Below, piece by piece: positions 1-8,614 of a stretch of DNA of 64,000 nucleotides. This DNA is from Eubacteriales bacterium (GTDB lineage: Bacteria; Bacillota; Clostridia; Oscillospirales; CAG-382), in contig JAZOTA010000036.1 of the NCBI GenBank assembly GCA_045657425.1, positions 1,437-65,436 on the forward strand. The letters run 5' to 3'. A program made the position numbers and the translations under genes. Each line of letters begins with the position of its first letter. Position 1 is the first letter of the stretch. The notes beneath the pieces were generated by a model. That model worked only from the letters and a program-made list of their open reading frames with translations. It did not search any database and was not told the DNA's origin.

Positions 1-1
1 C

Positions 2-376
2 TTTGGTTATATGGATAAGGATAATTATCTGTTTATTACCGGACGTAAAAAGAATATCATTATTCTCGACAACGGTAAAAACGTTTATCCCGAAGAAATC
101 GAAGAATATTTGGAAAGAATTGATTCGATAAAGGAATGCGTTGTTATCGGCAGAGAAAATGCTTCGGGCGAGGTTGTGATCACTGCGCTTATTTACCCCG
201 ATTACGACCTGTTTAAGGATTCTACTGATGAACAAATTATTGAAAAAATGCGTTCAGAGGTTGCAAACATCAACAAGGTATTGCCTACGTTTAAACAGAT
301 TCGCAATATCGAGATAAAGAAAAATGAGTTTGAAAAAACATCAACACGCAAAATTATTAGATATAAACTTTCTTAA
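2..376 (+). CDS. AMP-dependent acyl-CoA/acyl-ACP synthetase, C-terminal part (5' truncated by window)
   Basis: FGYMDKDNYLFITGRKKNIIILDNGKNVYPEEIE and C-terminal KTSTRKIIR are motifs of the long-chain fatty-acid ligase family; frame is open from the window edge. Confidence 0.88.
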   Translation, partial: FGYMDKDNYLFITGRKKNIIILDNGKNVYPEEIEEYLERIDSIKECVVIGRENASGEVVITALIYPDYDLFKDSTDEQIIEKMRSEVANINKVLPTFKQIRNIEIKKNEFEKTSTRKIIRYKLS

Positions 377-387
377 AGAGGTAAATT

Positions 388-612
388 ATGTTAGCAAAAC
401 TTAAAGATCTTTTGGTTAATGAAATGGATATTAATCCTGAACTTGTTGTACCTACCGCCGAATTGATGAACGATCTCGGTTTTAATTCGCTTGAACTCGC
501 GGATTTGGTTGTGCTTTGTGAAGAGAGGTTCAACGTTATCTTCGATGAAAGTGTGCTTCCGACTCTTATCACTGTTGGCGACGTTGTTGCTTATCTCGAG
601 GAGAACGCATAA
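388..612 (+). CDS. Acyl carrier protein
   Basis: 74 aa acidic protein, DLGFNSLELADL phosphopantetheine-site motif, TVGDVVAYLE C-terminus; RBS GAGG upstream. Confidence 0.88.
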   Translation: MLAKLKDLLVNEMDINPELVVPTAELMNDLGFNSLELADLVVLCEERFNVIFDESVLPTLITVGDVVAYLEENA

Positions 613-618
613 GATTTC

Positions 619-650
619 GAGCGCGTTGCTTTTGCAGTGCGCTCTTTTTT
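619..650 (+). terminator. Probable intrinsic terminator after ACP
   Basis: GAGCGC..TTGC-TTTT-GCAG..GCGCTC hairpin followed by T6. Confidence 0.6.
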
Positions 651-673
651 CAAAGCTTTTTGGAGGTAATTTT

Positions 674-1345
674 ATGCCTAATATTTTAGTTGCTGAAGAT
701 GACCTTGCATTAAACAAATTGATATGTAAAGTGCTTGAAAAGGACGGGCATTGCGTTATTTCAAAAAAAGACGGTGAAGAAGCTTTAAAAGCGCTCGACG
801 AGATGCATATTGATTTAATTGTCACTGACGTTATGATGCCGAGAATGGACGGATATGAATTTATAGAGAACGTCAGAAGCTTTAATCCTTCGGTGCCGGT
901 GCTTTACGTTACTGCTAAAGGTTCGTTTAACGATAAGCTTCGCGGTTTTAATCTTGGCGCCGATGATTATATGGTTAAGCCAATCGATATAAACGAGCTT
1001 ATTTTACGTGTCAACGCACTGTTAAGACGGAGCAAAATTGCAAATGAGCGTCAGATCGTTATCGGCGATACCGTTTTGGACAGTGAATCTTATACCGTTA
1101 CGTCCGAGGGAGAAAGCGTAACCCTGCCACAAAAAGAATTCCTTTTGCTTTTTAAACTTTTGTCATATCCCGACCGTGTATTTACGCGTTTTGAAATTAT
1201 GGAAGAAATTTGGGGATATGAATCGGAAAGCGACGAAAAAACCATTAACGTTCATATCAGTAAGTTGAGAAACAGATATGAGAATAATAAGGACTTTTCA
1301 ATAGAAACGGTTCGTGGTATCGGCTACAAAGGAGTGCTTAAATGA
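674..1345 (+). CDS. OmpR-family response regulator (HssR-like)
   Basis: Receiver (ILVAEDD, TDVMMPRMDG, GADDYMVKP) plus winged helix (TINVHISKLR, ETVRGIGY); start placed at ATG 674 behind GGAGG. Confidence 0.92.
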   Translation: MPNILVAEDDLALNKLICKVLEKDGHCVISKKDGEEALKALDEMHIDLIVTDVMMPRMDGYEFIENVRSFNPSVPVLYVTAKGSFNDKLRGFNLGADDYMVKPIDINELILRVNALLRRSKIANERQIVIGDTVLDSESYTVTSEGESVTLPQKEFLLLFKLLSYPDRVFTRFEIMEEIWGYESESDEKTINVHISKLRNRYENNKDFSIETVRGIGYKGVLK

Positions 1346-2409
1346 AAAAAGAAAAAACGCTCCTGGGTAAAAACATAAAAAAAGTTAAAGAAAAAATGCC
1401 GATGGTATTTTACTTAACCGTGTTTATTTTTGTGGTTAGCTGTATAACGGCCATTATATTGTTTTGCCTTTACGTTATCTTTTTAAATGCGGGACTCATG
1501 ACCGAATTTACTCTTGTTTGGCTGGTGTTGGTGCTATTTGTCGGCAGTGCTATTATTTCAACAAGCTTAGTAAGAGGATTTGGAAATAGAATCATTTTCG
1601 GTAGCTTGCGGCATATTACTAAAGCATCAAAAGCTGTTGCAAACGGTGACTTTAGTCAGCGTCTCGAGCCCCCGCGTGAGAAAGAAATTGCCGAGCTTTG
1701 TGACAGCTTTAATGAAATGGTTGATAAATTGGGTGCGAATGAGCTTTTGGCAAGAGATTTTGTTTCAAACGTTTCGCATCAGTTTCGCACGCCGCTCGCC
1801 TCAATTCACGGCTATGTCCAGCTGCTCGAGGATAATACGCTTTCGGAAGAAGAAAAACGCGAATATATAGACGTAATTAAAGAGAAGTCGCTTTCACTGT
1901 CGAATCTGATTAACGACGTTTTGGAGCTTTCGCGCTTGGAGCATCTAAGCGCAGACCTGGAGAAAGAGAATTTTTCGATAGATGAACAGCTGCGCAAATG
2001 TATAATTGCGATGGAAGATCGTCTTAACGAGAAGAAAATTGAGGTTGTACTTAATCTGCAATCGGTTAATTATCTTGGATGTGAAGACCTTATTGGTGAG
2101 GTTTGGAATAATCTGCTTGAAAATGCTATTAAATTCAGTTACGTTGGCGGAATAATTAACGTACGTCTGGAACGCGATTCCGAAAATGTCACTATTTCGG
2201 TGCGTGATTACGGCATCGGAATGAGCGACGAAACTAAAGACAGAATGTTTGAGCGTTTTTATCGCGGCAAAGAAGCGCACGATATTAACGGTTGCGGACT
2301 TGGTATGTCGATGGTAAAAAGCATTGTCCAGAAGCACGGCGGCGAAATTAACGTTGAAAGTGAATTGGAAAAGGGAAGTAACGTTATTGTTTTATTGCCG
2401 ATTCGATAG
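1342..2409 (+). CDS. Sensor histidine kinase (2 TM, HAMP, HisKA, HATPase)
   Basis: H-box NVSHQFRTPL, N-box NLLENAIKF, DYGIGM, FERFYRG, GCGLGM; ATGA-type overlap with the regulator. Confidence 0.93.
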   Translation: MKKEKTLLGKNIKKVKEKMPMVFYLTVFIFVVSCITAIILFCLYVIFLNAGLMTEFTLVWLVLVLFVGSAIISTSLVRGFGNRIIFGSLRHITKASKAVANGDFSQRLEPPREKEIAELCDSFNEMVDKLGANELLARDFVSNVSHQFRTPLASIHGYVQLLEDNTLSEEEKREYIDVIKEKSLSLSNLINDVLELSRLEHLSADLEKENFSIDEQLRKCIIAMEDRLNEKKIEVVLNLQSVNYLGCEDLIGEVWNNLLENAIKFSYVGGIINVRLERDSENVTISVRDYGIGMSDETKDRMFERFYRGKEAHDINGCGLGMSMVKSIVQKHGGEINVESELEKGSNVIVLLPIR

Positions 2410-2437
2410 TTGTTTTTAATAAAATTTTATAAAATTA

Positions 2438-2466
2438 GTGACAAATCAAAAGTATTGTGTTATAAT
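2438..2466 (+). promoter_or_regulatory. Putative sigma-A promoter
   Basis: GTGACA-17 nt-TATAAT with TG just upstream of the -10. Confidence 0.55.
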
Positions 2467-2503
2467 CAGTTTAAATGAAAAATTAAATTAATAGGATGGT
2501 CTT

Positions 2504-5500
2504 ATGAAAAAACTTTCTCTTTTATTGGCATTCCTGATGATCGTGTCAGTTATGATTACCGCTTGCGGTGAAAGCGTTTCTGACGATTCTTCGGTTGTAT
2601 CGACCGAAGATTCCGAAAATGTTTCGGGTGACGTATCAACCGAAACATCTAAACCCGCTTCGGCTATTTTAACGGGTGTTGCTGTTGATAAAAATGCACA
2701 GTCTACCGTTATTTCTAACGGAGCATCGTATACTTCGCAAATTGAAGCGGATGCACAGTATCCCGATTCTTATAATTCGGAAATGACTGACGGTATACGC
2801 GTTTCTCCTGATTCTCCGAGCTATTCCGATGAAGCAACTGCAGGATACGGCTCAGCATCCGGTCAAATATTCATCGTTGACCTTGGTTATGAATGCGATA
2901 AAATTTATGAGTTCACCGTTGGCTATCTTTCTACCAAAGAAGCCGGCATTGGCCCTATTGGCAGTGTTACCGTTTATGGCTCTCTCGATGGTAAGGATTG
3001 GAAAAGAGTTGGCAAGGGAAGTGCTCCTACCTTCGAAGAAGGCACTGTGAAAGACGTTGTTATTACCCTTGAAAACTATATCAAAGCAAGATATATTCGC
3101 TTTTATATAACCGGCACAGCAGCTTGGCTGTTTTTTGATGAAATAACCGTTATTGCCGATGTTGAGGGCTCAAACGGCGTTGACTTTATTAATGCTGTAA
3201 ACGATGCATACAAAGTGCACGGCGCGGTTTCAAGACCTGCAGGCGTTAAGGAAATTGATTACAACCTCAATAAGGTGCTTATTTCCAAAGATGCAAAATA
3301 TCAAAAAACCTCTGCTGTTATTGATAAGTTTAAGGATAACGGCAAAATGCTTACCGATGGTAGCTTGAGCGGTTTTTATGAAGGTGGCACTTGGGTTGGT
3401 TTGGATGCAAGCAAAGATTCGACCGTTTTGATCGACCTTGGAAAAACCGTTGACGATGTTGCGGCAGTTGAAGCATCGTTCTATACGAATACCGCCGTTA
3501 AACTCTTTTTGCCTGTAGCGATTAAGGTTGCGGCTCTCGATGAGAACAAAAACAAAACCGAGTTGGGTGTTTTGTATGCAAATACCGTAATCTCAAACGG
3601 CAACTATTGCTTCTCGCTTCCTTTCGTTAAAACCATCAGCGCAAGATATATTGAGTTTACGGTTATCGCTACCGAAAGCACAATGTTCCTTGCGGAAGAA
3701 TTCGCAGTTTATGCATACAGAGAGCATCGCGAAGATTCCTTCTATCCTCCTCTTGTTATTGAAAAGAACAGCAAGGATTGGGGCTCAAATGGCAACAATA
3801 ATTATGTGAACCTTGTTGCTAACACAACTCAACAGATCGTTTCTGCTGCTGAAATCAACGCAGGTCAAAAAGTTAATAACACCCCTGTCACTTCGACACT
3901 TATGACTGATGGCAAGTTCTCTCCGAGCACCGACATACATAACGGCCGTTTCTTTAAATTTAACGGTGGCGGAGACAGAACAGTCGTATTCGATCTTACT
4001 CACGTTTCTTCTATTGATAAGATTACCGCAAGCTTTACTCAACAAGTTGACTGGGCGGTAAATGCGCCTTCTACCATTCAAGTAACTGTAACAGAAGATG
4101 GCAAAACCTGGTATGAAGTCGGCACAATGCAAAGAAATGGCAACAATCAGTCGTTCTTAGCTAAATATGAGCTTAAGCTTTCCAAGAAAATTAAGGCAAG
4201 ATATGTTTCGTTGAAGTTCCCTGTTAGCGGTTGGGCAGGTTGTGATGAGGTTGAAATTTTCGGCACTACTTCGACCGCAAGTGCAAAGAGTCCTTCTAAC
4301 GCAGGCTTCAAGGAAGTAAAGACCTTTACAAGCAAACGTATCGAGCCCTCTAAAGATATCCTTGGCGGCGCAAAAGACACCTGCCTGCTTTATCACAACA
4401 CCCGTGAGGGCTATAAGGTTAATGACCTTATTCCTTACCTTGCATACGTTGATGAAAACGGCAAAATGCAGGACGTTATGTTTGATAGCTTTTTGTTCCT
4501 CGTTATGACTACGTTCCCGAGCGGCGGCGCGCCCTATGCGAAGGGTGTTAAAACCGACTGGGAATGGGCATTGAACGATTTGTTCGGCGACGGAAAGAAC
4601 ATTAAAGCACTTGACGAAGCAGTCGCTATTGTTAAAGATGAACTTGGCCTTGCGGCAGATTATAAGTACAAAGTAATTCTTTCGCTTTATTATCCCTCGC
4701 CCGAAATTACCAATTTCGGTGACGTAGATGGCGACGGCGTTTCCGAAAACCTTAGCAAGTACGAAGATACTATGAAGGCAATCGAATGGTATCTTAACCT
4801 CACCGACGATACCTTTAAAGCGCAAAACTTCCAAAATATCGAGCTTGCCGGTTATTATTGGTTCCACGAAGCAATCAATTCCGAGGACAGCATGAGTCTT
4901 CGCGTTTTGAACGCTACCTCGGATCTTGTTCACAAGAAGGGTGTTGACTTCTGCTGGATTCCTTATTTCGCATCCAACGGATACAATGCTTGGTCTGAAT
5001 ACGGTTTTGACGTTGCCGTTATGCAGCCTAACTACGTATTTAAGCTCGACACTCCTTATTCCAACGTAATCGACTGTGCAAAGCTTACCGCAATGTATGG
5101 TATGGGTATCGAAATGGAAATTTGTACCGATAGCTTATCCAATATTCAGTTCTTCAAGAAATACATGCAATACGTTGCAGGTGGAGCAGAATATGGCTAT
5201 ATGAACGACTGTATCGTTATGTACTATCAGGAAATGTTCGCGTTCCGTGATGCTTGTAATTCCAAGTCGATAATGTGCAGAATGATTTATGATGCTACTT
5301 ATCATTTCATCAAGGGCGATCTTAAATATAAGCCTGACGTAATTTCCGGAACAACCGCTGAAACCGCAAAGAATACTCCTATAAGCGGTAGCATAAAGTT
5401 TGATACCGAAAAATTGCGTGAGTTCAAAATCAGCGAAATGCCCGAACACGGTACTGTTACTCTCAACAACGACGGTTCGTTTACCTACTATCCCGAAAAG

Positions 5501-5590
5501 GATTTTGTTGGCGAAGTTAAATTCAGCTTCTCCTACAGCGAATATCTCGGCTGGTCGGATCCGTGCGAAGTTGTTATAAACGTTAAATAA
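2504..5590 (+). CDS. Lipoprotein with three discoidin/F5-8-type-C-like modules, a DUF4855-like (putative glycoside hydrolase) domain and a C-terminal Ig-like (Big_9-type) domain
   Basis: Lipobox MITAC, Ser/Asp/Glu linker; three repeats of xTDG...DLG...(K/S)ARY(I/V); DUF4855-type motifs MFDSFLFL, LAGYYWFHE, WIPYF, QPNY, GIEME; PEHGTVTLNNDGSFTYYP. Confidence 0.7.
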   Translation: MKKLSLLLAFLMIVSVMITACGESVSDDSSVVSTEDSENVSGDVSTETSKPASAILTGVAVDKNAQSTVISNGASYTSQIEADAQYPDSYNSEMTDGIRVSPDSPSYSDEATAGYGSASGQIFIVDLGYECDKIYEFTVGYLSTKEAGIGPIGSVTVYGSLDGKDWKRVGKGSAPTFEEGTVKDVVITLENYIKARYIRFYITGTAAWLFFDEITVIADVEGSNGVDFINAVNDAYKVHGAVSRPAGVKEIDYNLNKVLISKDAKYQKTSAVIDKFKDNGKMLTDGSLSGFYEGGTWVGLDASKDSTVLIDLGKTVDDVAAVEASFYTNTAVKLFLPVAIKVAALDENKNKTELGVLYANTVISNGNYCFSLPFVKTISARYIEFTVIATESTMFLAEEFAVYAYREHREDSFYPPLVIEKNSKDWGSNGNNNYVNLVANTTQQIVSAAEINAGQKVNNTPVTSTLMTDGKFSPSTDIHNGRFFKFNGGGDRTVVFDLTHVSSIDKITASFTQQVDWAVNAPSTIQVTVTEDGKTWYEVGTMQRNGNNQSFLAKYELKLSKKIKARYVSLKFPVSGWAGCDEVEIFGTTSTASAKSPSNAGFKEVKTFTSKRIEPSKDILGGAKDTCLLYHNTREGYKVNDLIPYLAYVDENGKMQDVMFDSFLFLVMTTFPSGGAPYAKGVKTDWEWALNDLFGDGKNIKALDEAVAIVKDELGLAADYKYKVILSLYYPSPEITNFGDVDGDGVSENLSKYEDTMKAIEWYLNLTDDTFKAQNFQNIELAGYYWFHEAINSEDSMSLRVLNATSDLVHKKGVDFCWIPYFASNGYNAWSEYGFDVAVMQPNYVFKLDTPYSNVIDCAKLTAMYGMGIEMEICTDSLSNIQFFKKYMQYVAGGAEYGYMNDCIVMYYQEMFAFRDACNSKSIMCRMIYDATYHFIKGDLKYKPDVISGTTAETAKNTPISGSIKFDTEKLREFKISEMPEHGTVTLNNDGSFTYYPEKDFVGEVKFSFSYSEYLGWSDPCEVVINVK

Positions 5591-5603
5591 TAAAGTTTTT
5601 TAC

Positions 5604-5640
5604 CAAGCTCTCGATTTAATATCGAGGGCTTGATTTTTTT
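5604..5640 (+). terminator. Intrinsic terminator
   Basis: CAAGCTCTCGAT-TTAAT-ATCGAGGGCTTG hairpin followed by a T-run. Confidence 0.8.
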
Positions 5641-5671
5641 CTAAAATTCTTAAAAAATACTACATATAGTA

Positions 5672-5700
5672 TTGCATTATTGAATTTAAAGGAGTATAAT
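5672..5700 (+). promoter_or_regulatory. Putative sigma-A promoter of the sipW operon, abutting an inverted repeat at 5656-5673
   Basis: TTGCAT-17 nt-TATAAT. Confidence 0.6.
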
Positions 5701-5783
5701 AGATTGAATATATAGCAATGGGGTAAATATGTGTAATTGCGCATATTTAGTAGATTTATTTGCCGTTAAAAGTAGGTGATTGA

Positions 5784-6374
5784 TTGGCAACATTTATGCG
5801 AATTTATAAAGTTGTTGTGAGTATAGTTGCCGCGGTTGCTCTTGTAATGGTAATGATGCTTTTGGGTGTCCGCATTTTCGGATTAACGCCCTATACTGTT
5901 CTTTCTGGCTCGATGGAACCCGAATATCACGTTGGCTCGGTTATCTACGTTAAGACTGCCGATGCAAGCGAATTAAATGTCGGCGACCCGATAACGTTTG
6001 ATTTGAACGGTGTTACCGTTACTCACCGAATAATCGAAAAGGCTGATGACGAGCAAGGGCTTCGCTTTTACACGCAAGGGGATGCGAACAACATCCGCGA
6101 CGGCGGCTTTGTTACGCCCGATGAGGTAATCGGCATTCCCGTTTTCCATATTCCGTATATGGGCTTTGTTTTCGATTTCGTTCAACATCCGCCGGGATTG
6201 TTTATTGTTATTGGATTTGTTGCCGCCCTTGTTGTTCTTTCGTTTCTGCAAACAGATGATGAAAAGAAATGCGAATCGAACGAAACAACCGATTCTGATT
6301 CACCTGCCGATTCTGTAGAAGCAGCCGAATCAATAACTCAAGAAAATGAAAAAGATAACGAAAAGCAAGTTTAA
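5784..6374 (+). CDS. sipW: Signal peptidase I, SipW/ER-type (S26B)
   Basis: VLSGSMEP (catalytic Ser), VTHRI (His dyad), TQGDANNIRD, IPYMG; N- and C-terminal TM; TTG start behind AGGTGA. Confidence 0.92.
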   Translation: MATFMRIYKVVVSIVAAVALVMVMMLLGVRIFGLTPYTVLSGSMEPEYHVGSVIYVKTADASELNVGDPITFDLNGVTVTHRIIEKADDEQGLRFYTQGDANNIRDGGFVTPDEVIGIPVFHIPYMGFVFDFVQHPPGLFIVIGFVAALVVLSFLQTDDEKKCESNETTDSDSPADSVEAAESITQENEKDNEKQV

Positions 6375-6426
6375 CGCCTCAATCGACGTTTAACATAATA
6401 AGCAAAAAATTTTTTGGAGGTCCAAA

Positions 6427-7227
6427 ATGAAAGCAAACAAAAAAACAATCCGTAATGCAATCGTTCTTACGCTTGCAGCCATCACTCTTGTAGTCGCAAC
6501 TGTGTTGACTACTATCGCGTACATGGTTTCTTCCGCAAAGGTTTCCAACGTATTTACCGTTGGCAACGTAACACTTTCCTTGCTCGAAACCGATGTTGAT
6601 GAAAACGGTGAAGTCATCCCTAATGCTGGCAAAACCGATAGAAACTCCTATCATCTTATGCCCGGCAAGACTTACTTGAAAGACCCTACTGTTACCATTC
6701 ATGCCAACAGTGCTGACTCGGTAATATTTCTTCTTGTAAACAATGAAATCGATACCATTGAAATTAAGGACGGTAATGAACTCGGCAAATTGACAATGAA
6801 GCAACAAGCTCTTCAAAATGGCTGGAGAGTAATTAAAGATATCGATAAAAACCAAAGACTATATGTATACACCGGTGAAAAAATAGTTGATGTAAAAGAT
6901 ATACCAACTGGCGATGATGTTTATGCTAAAAAATCTATTTCTGTTAAGAAGAGCGCTACTGAGATCAATATAAATGTATTCAATAATTTCACCATTGACC
7001 CTGAAAAGGACCAAGCTGATATTTTCTTTGCCGAAAGTGCTGAGGTTACCCTTAGTGCGTATGCAATTCACGCAGAAGGTACCGGTGTTGTAATTGATGA
7101 AAACGGCAATATTACTCTCGCAGATACTCAAAAATTGTGGGACTTTGTTGTTGACGAAACTCCGCACTTGTTAGATTCGTATAGATTTACACCTAAGAAT
7201 AATGGCGAAACCTCTAATGGCCAATAA
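6427..7227 (+). CDS. SipW-dependent secreted protein, TasA/camelysin-like fibre subunit 1
   Basis: Basic N-terminus and h-region, then TIA|YMVSSAKVSNVFTVGNVTLSLLE; MPGKTYLKDPTV; AYAIHA. Confidence 0.8.
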   Translation: MKANKKTIRNAIVLTLAAITLVVATVLTTIAYMVSSAKVSNVFTVGNVTLSLLETDVDENGEVIPNAGKTDRNSYHLMPGKTYLKDPTVTIHANSADSVIFLLVNNEIDTIEIKDGNELGKLTMKQQALQNGWRVIKDIDKNQRLYVYTGEKIVDVKDIPTGDDVYAKKSISVKKSATEININVFNNFTIDPEKDQADIFFAESAEVTLSAYAIHAEGTGVVIDENGNITLADTQKLWDFVVDETPHLLDSYRFTPKNNGETSNGQ

Positions 7228-7265
7228 AAATATGTAATCAAAACTTAACTTAAGGAGGTGAGGCA

Positions 7266-7814
7266 ATGAAAAACAAAAAAAGAATTACAGTCATTATAAT
7301 GACACTTTGTGTGCTTATGGTTGGCATTGGAGCTACTTTGGCCTATTTCGTTGCCTCATCCCATACCGTAGTTAACACTATGACTGTTGGTAAAGTCGAT
7401 ATCGCGCTTACCGAAACAACAGGCAACGAATTTAAAATCTTGCCCGGTATTACGCACATAAAAGACCCGATTGTTACAGTTACAGCGGGCAGTGAGGATT
7501 GCTGGGTATTCATTCGTCAAGAGGTATCTACCGATCTGCATCTTTATGCAGAATATGCAATTGATGAGGGTTGGACACCTTTGGAAGGCGAGGCGGGTGT
7601 TTATTACCGAAAGTATTATAAGTCTGCAAACGACGTTTCTTATCCTATCATAAAGGATAACAAGGTTGTCATTTTCGAAGACATCACCGAAGAGGATTTG
7701 GCGTTTATACATGTTAACCCAACCTTGAAATTTACTGCCTATGCTGTGCAGGCGGAAACAATCGATACCCCCGACGTAGCATGGGATACAGTAATTGCGG
7801 AGAAAGGAGAATAA
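7266..7814 (+). CDS. SipW-dependent secreted protein, TasA/camelysin-like fibre subunit 2
   Basis: GATLA|YFVASSHTVVNTMTVGKVDIALTE; LPGITHIKDPIV; AYAVQAE. Confidence 0.82.
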   Translation: MKNKKRITVIIMTLCVLMVGIGATLAYFVASSHTVVNTMTVGKVDIALTETTGNEFKILPGITHIKDPIVTVTAGSEDCWVFIRQEVSTDLHLYAEYAIDEGWTPLEGEAGVYYRKYYKSANDVSYPIIKDNKVVIFEDITEEDLAFIHVNPTLKFTAYAVQAETIDTPDVAWDTVIAEKGE

Positions 7815-7817
7815 TAG

Positions 7818-8570
7818 ATGAAAAAGCTTAAAACGCAACTATTTTTAAGCAGCATTTTGCTTGTTGTAATCATTATGCTTTTCGTTTCCACGACTGTGGC
7901 ATATTTCTCCGATCGCAAGCAGTTTACCAATATAATCACTTCGGGTAACGTTGAAATCGTCCTTTCCGAAGCGGCTGTTAAGCGTGATAACATTGGTAAT
8001 TTGGTTGAGGATGAAAGCGTTCCGAGAATAACAAGCTACGAAAACGGCGTACATAACTACGGCAGAATTTATCCTTCGCAAATCATTCATAAGGATCCGA
8101 CCGTTCACAACAGAGGAACCGAAGAAGCCTGGGTTGCTTTTAAGATTAAAATTAATGACGGTGTCGGAAATCTTCTAAACGTTTTGGGTTATAATATCAA
8201 TACAAATAATCACATCGACATTCATGGCTTGTTTTCGGGCGGATTTCTGTCTGCTACATCCGTAAAGAGAGGCACTTGGAACGGATTTGAACGAACTTTT
8301 TATAACGATGATTTCGCTATGATTCAAATTGCTGATCCGGCGAACGATATTTTTGAATTTTACTTTTTTGTTTTGAAGCCGCTCGCAGTAGGCGATACTG
8401 TTACGGTTTTTGACACTATGACTATTCCTGCTTCTTGGAATAACGCAGATATGCAGGAACTTGCAAATCTTCGGATTGACGTTGAAGCGTTTGGTGTTCA
8501 AACCTTTAATATGCCGGATTGCTATACGGCGATGACAACGGCTCTTCCCGAGTATTTTAATTTCAACTAA
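7818..8570 (+). CDS. SipW-dependent secreted protein, TasA/camelysin-like fibre subunit 3
   Basis: TTVA|YFSDRKQFTNIITSGNVEIVLSE; YPSQIIHKDPTVHNRGT; AFGVQT. Confidence 0.82.
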   Translation: MKKLKTQLFLSSILLVVIIMLFVSTTVAYFSDRKQFTNIITSGNVEIVLSEAAVKRDNIGNLVEDESVPRITSYENGVHNYGRIYPSQIIHKDPTVHNRGTEEAWVAFKIKINDGVGNLLNVLGYNINTNNHIDIHGLFSGGFLSATSVKRGTWNGFERTFYNDDFAMIQIADPANDIFEFYFFVLKPLAVGDTVTVFDTMTIPASWNNADMQELANLRIDVEAFGVQTFNMPDCYTAMTTALPEYFNFN

Positions 8571-8614
8571 TTTTTCAGCTATTTCAAATAATTCTTTTTA
8601 GGAGGTGTGACGCA

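Noticed and set aside
491..673. N-terminal extension of the response regulator in the ORF track
   Set aside because: Overlaps ACP and a terminator; the real start is ATG 674 with a GGAGG RBS. Similar over-extensions were trimmed for the XRE gene, lon, radA and the DUF2812-like gene.
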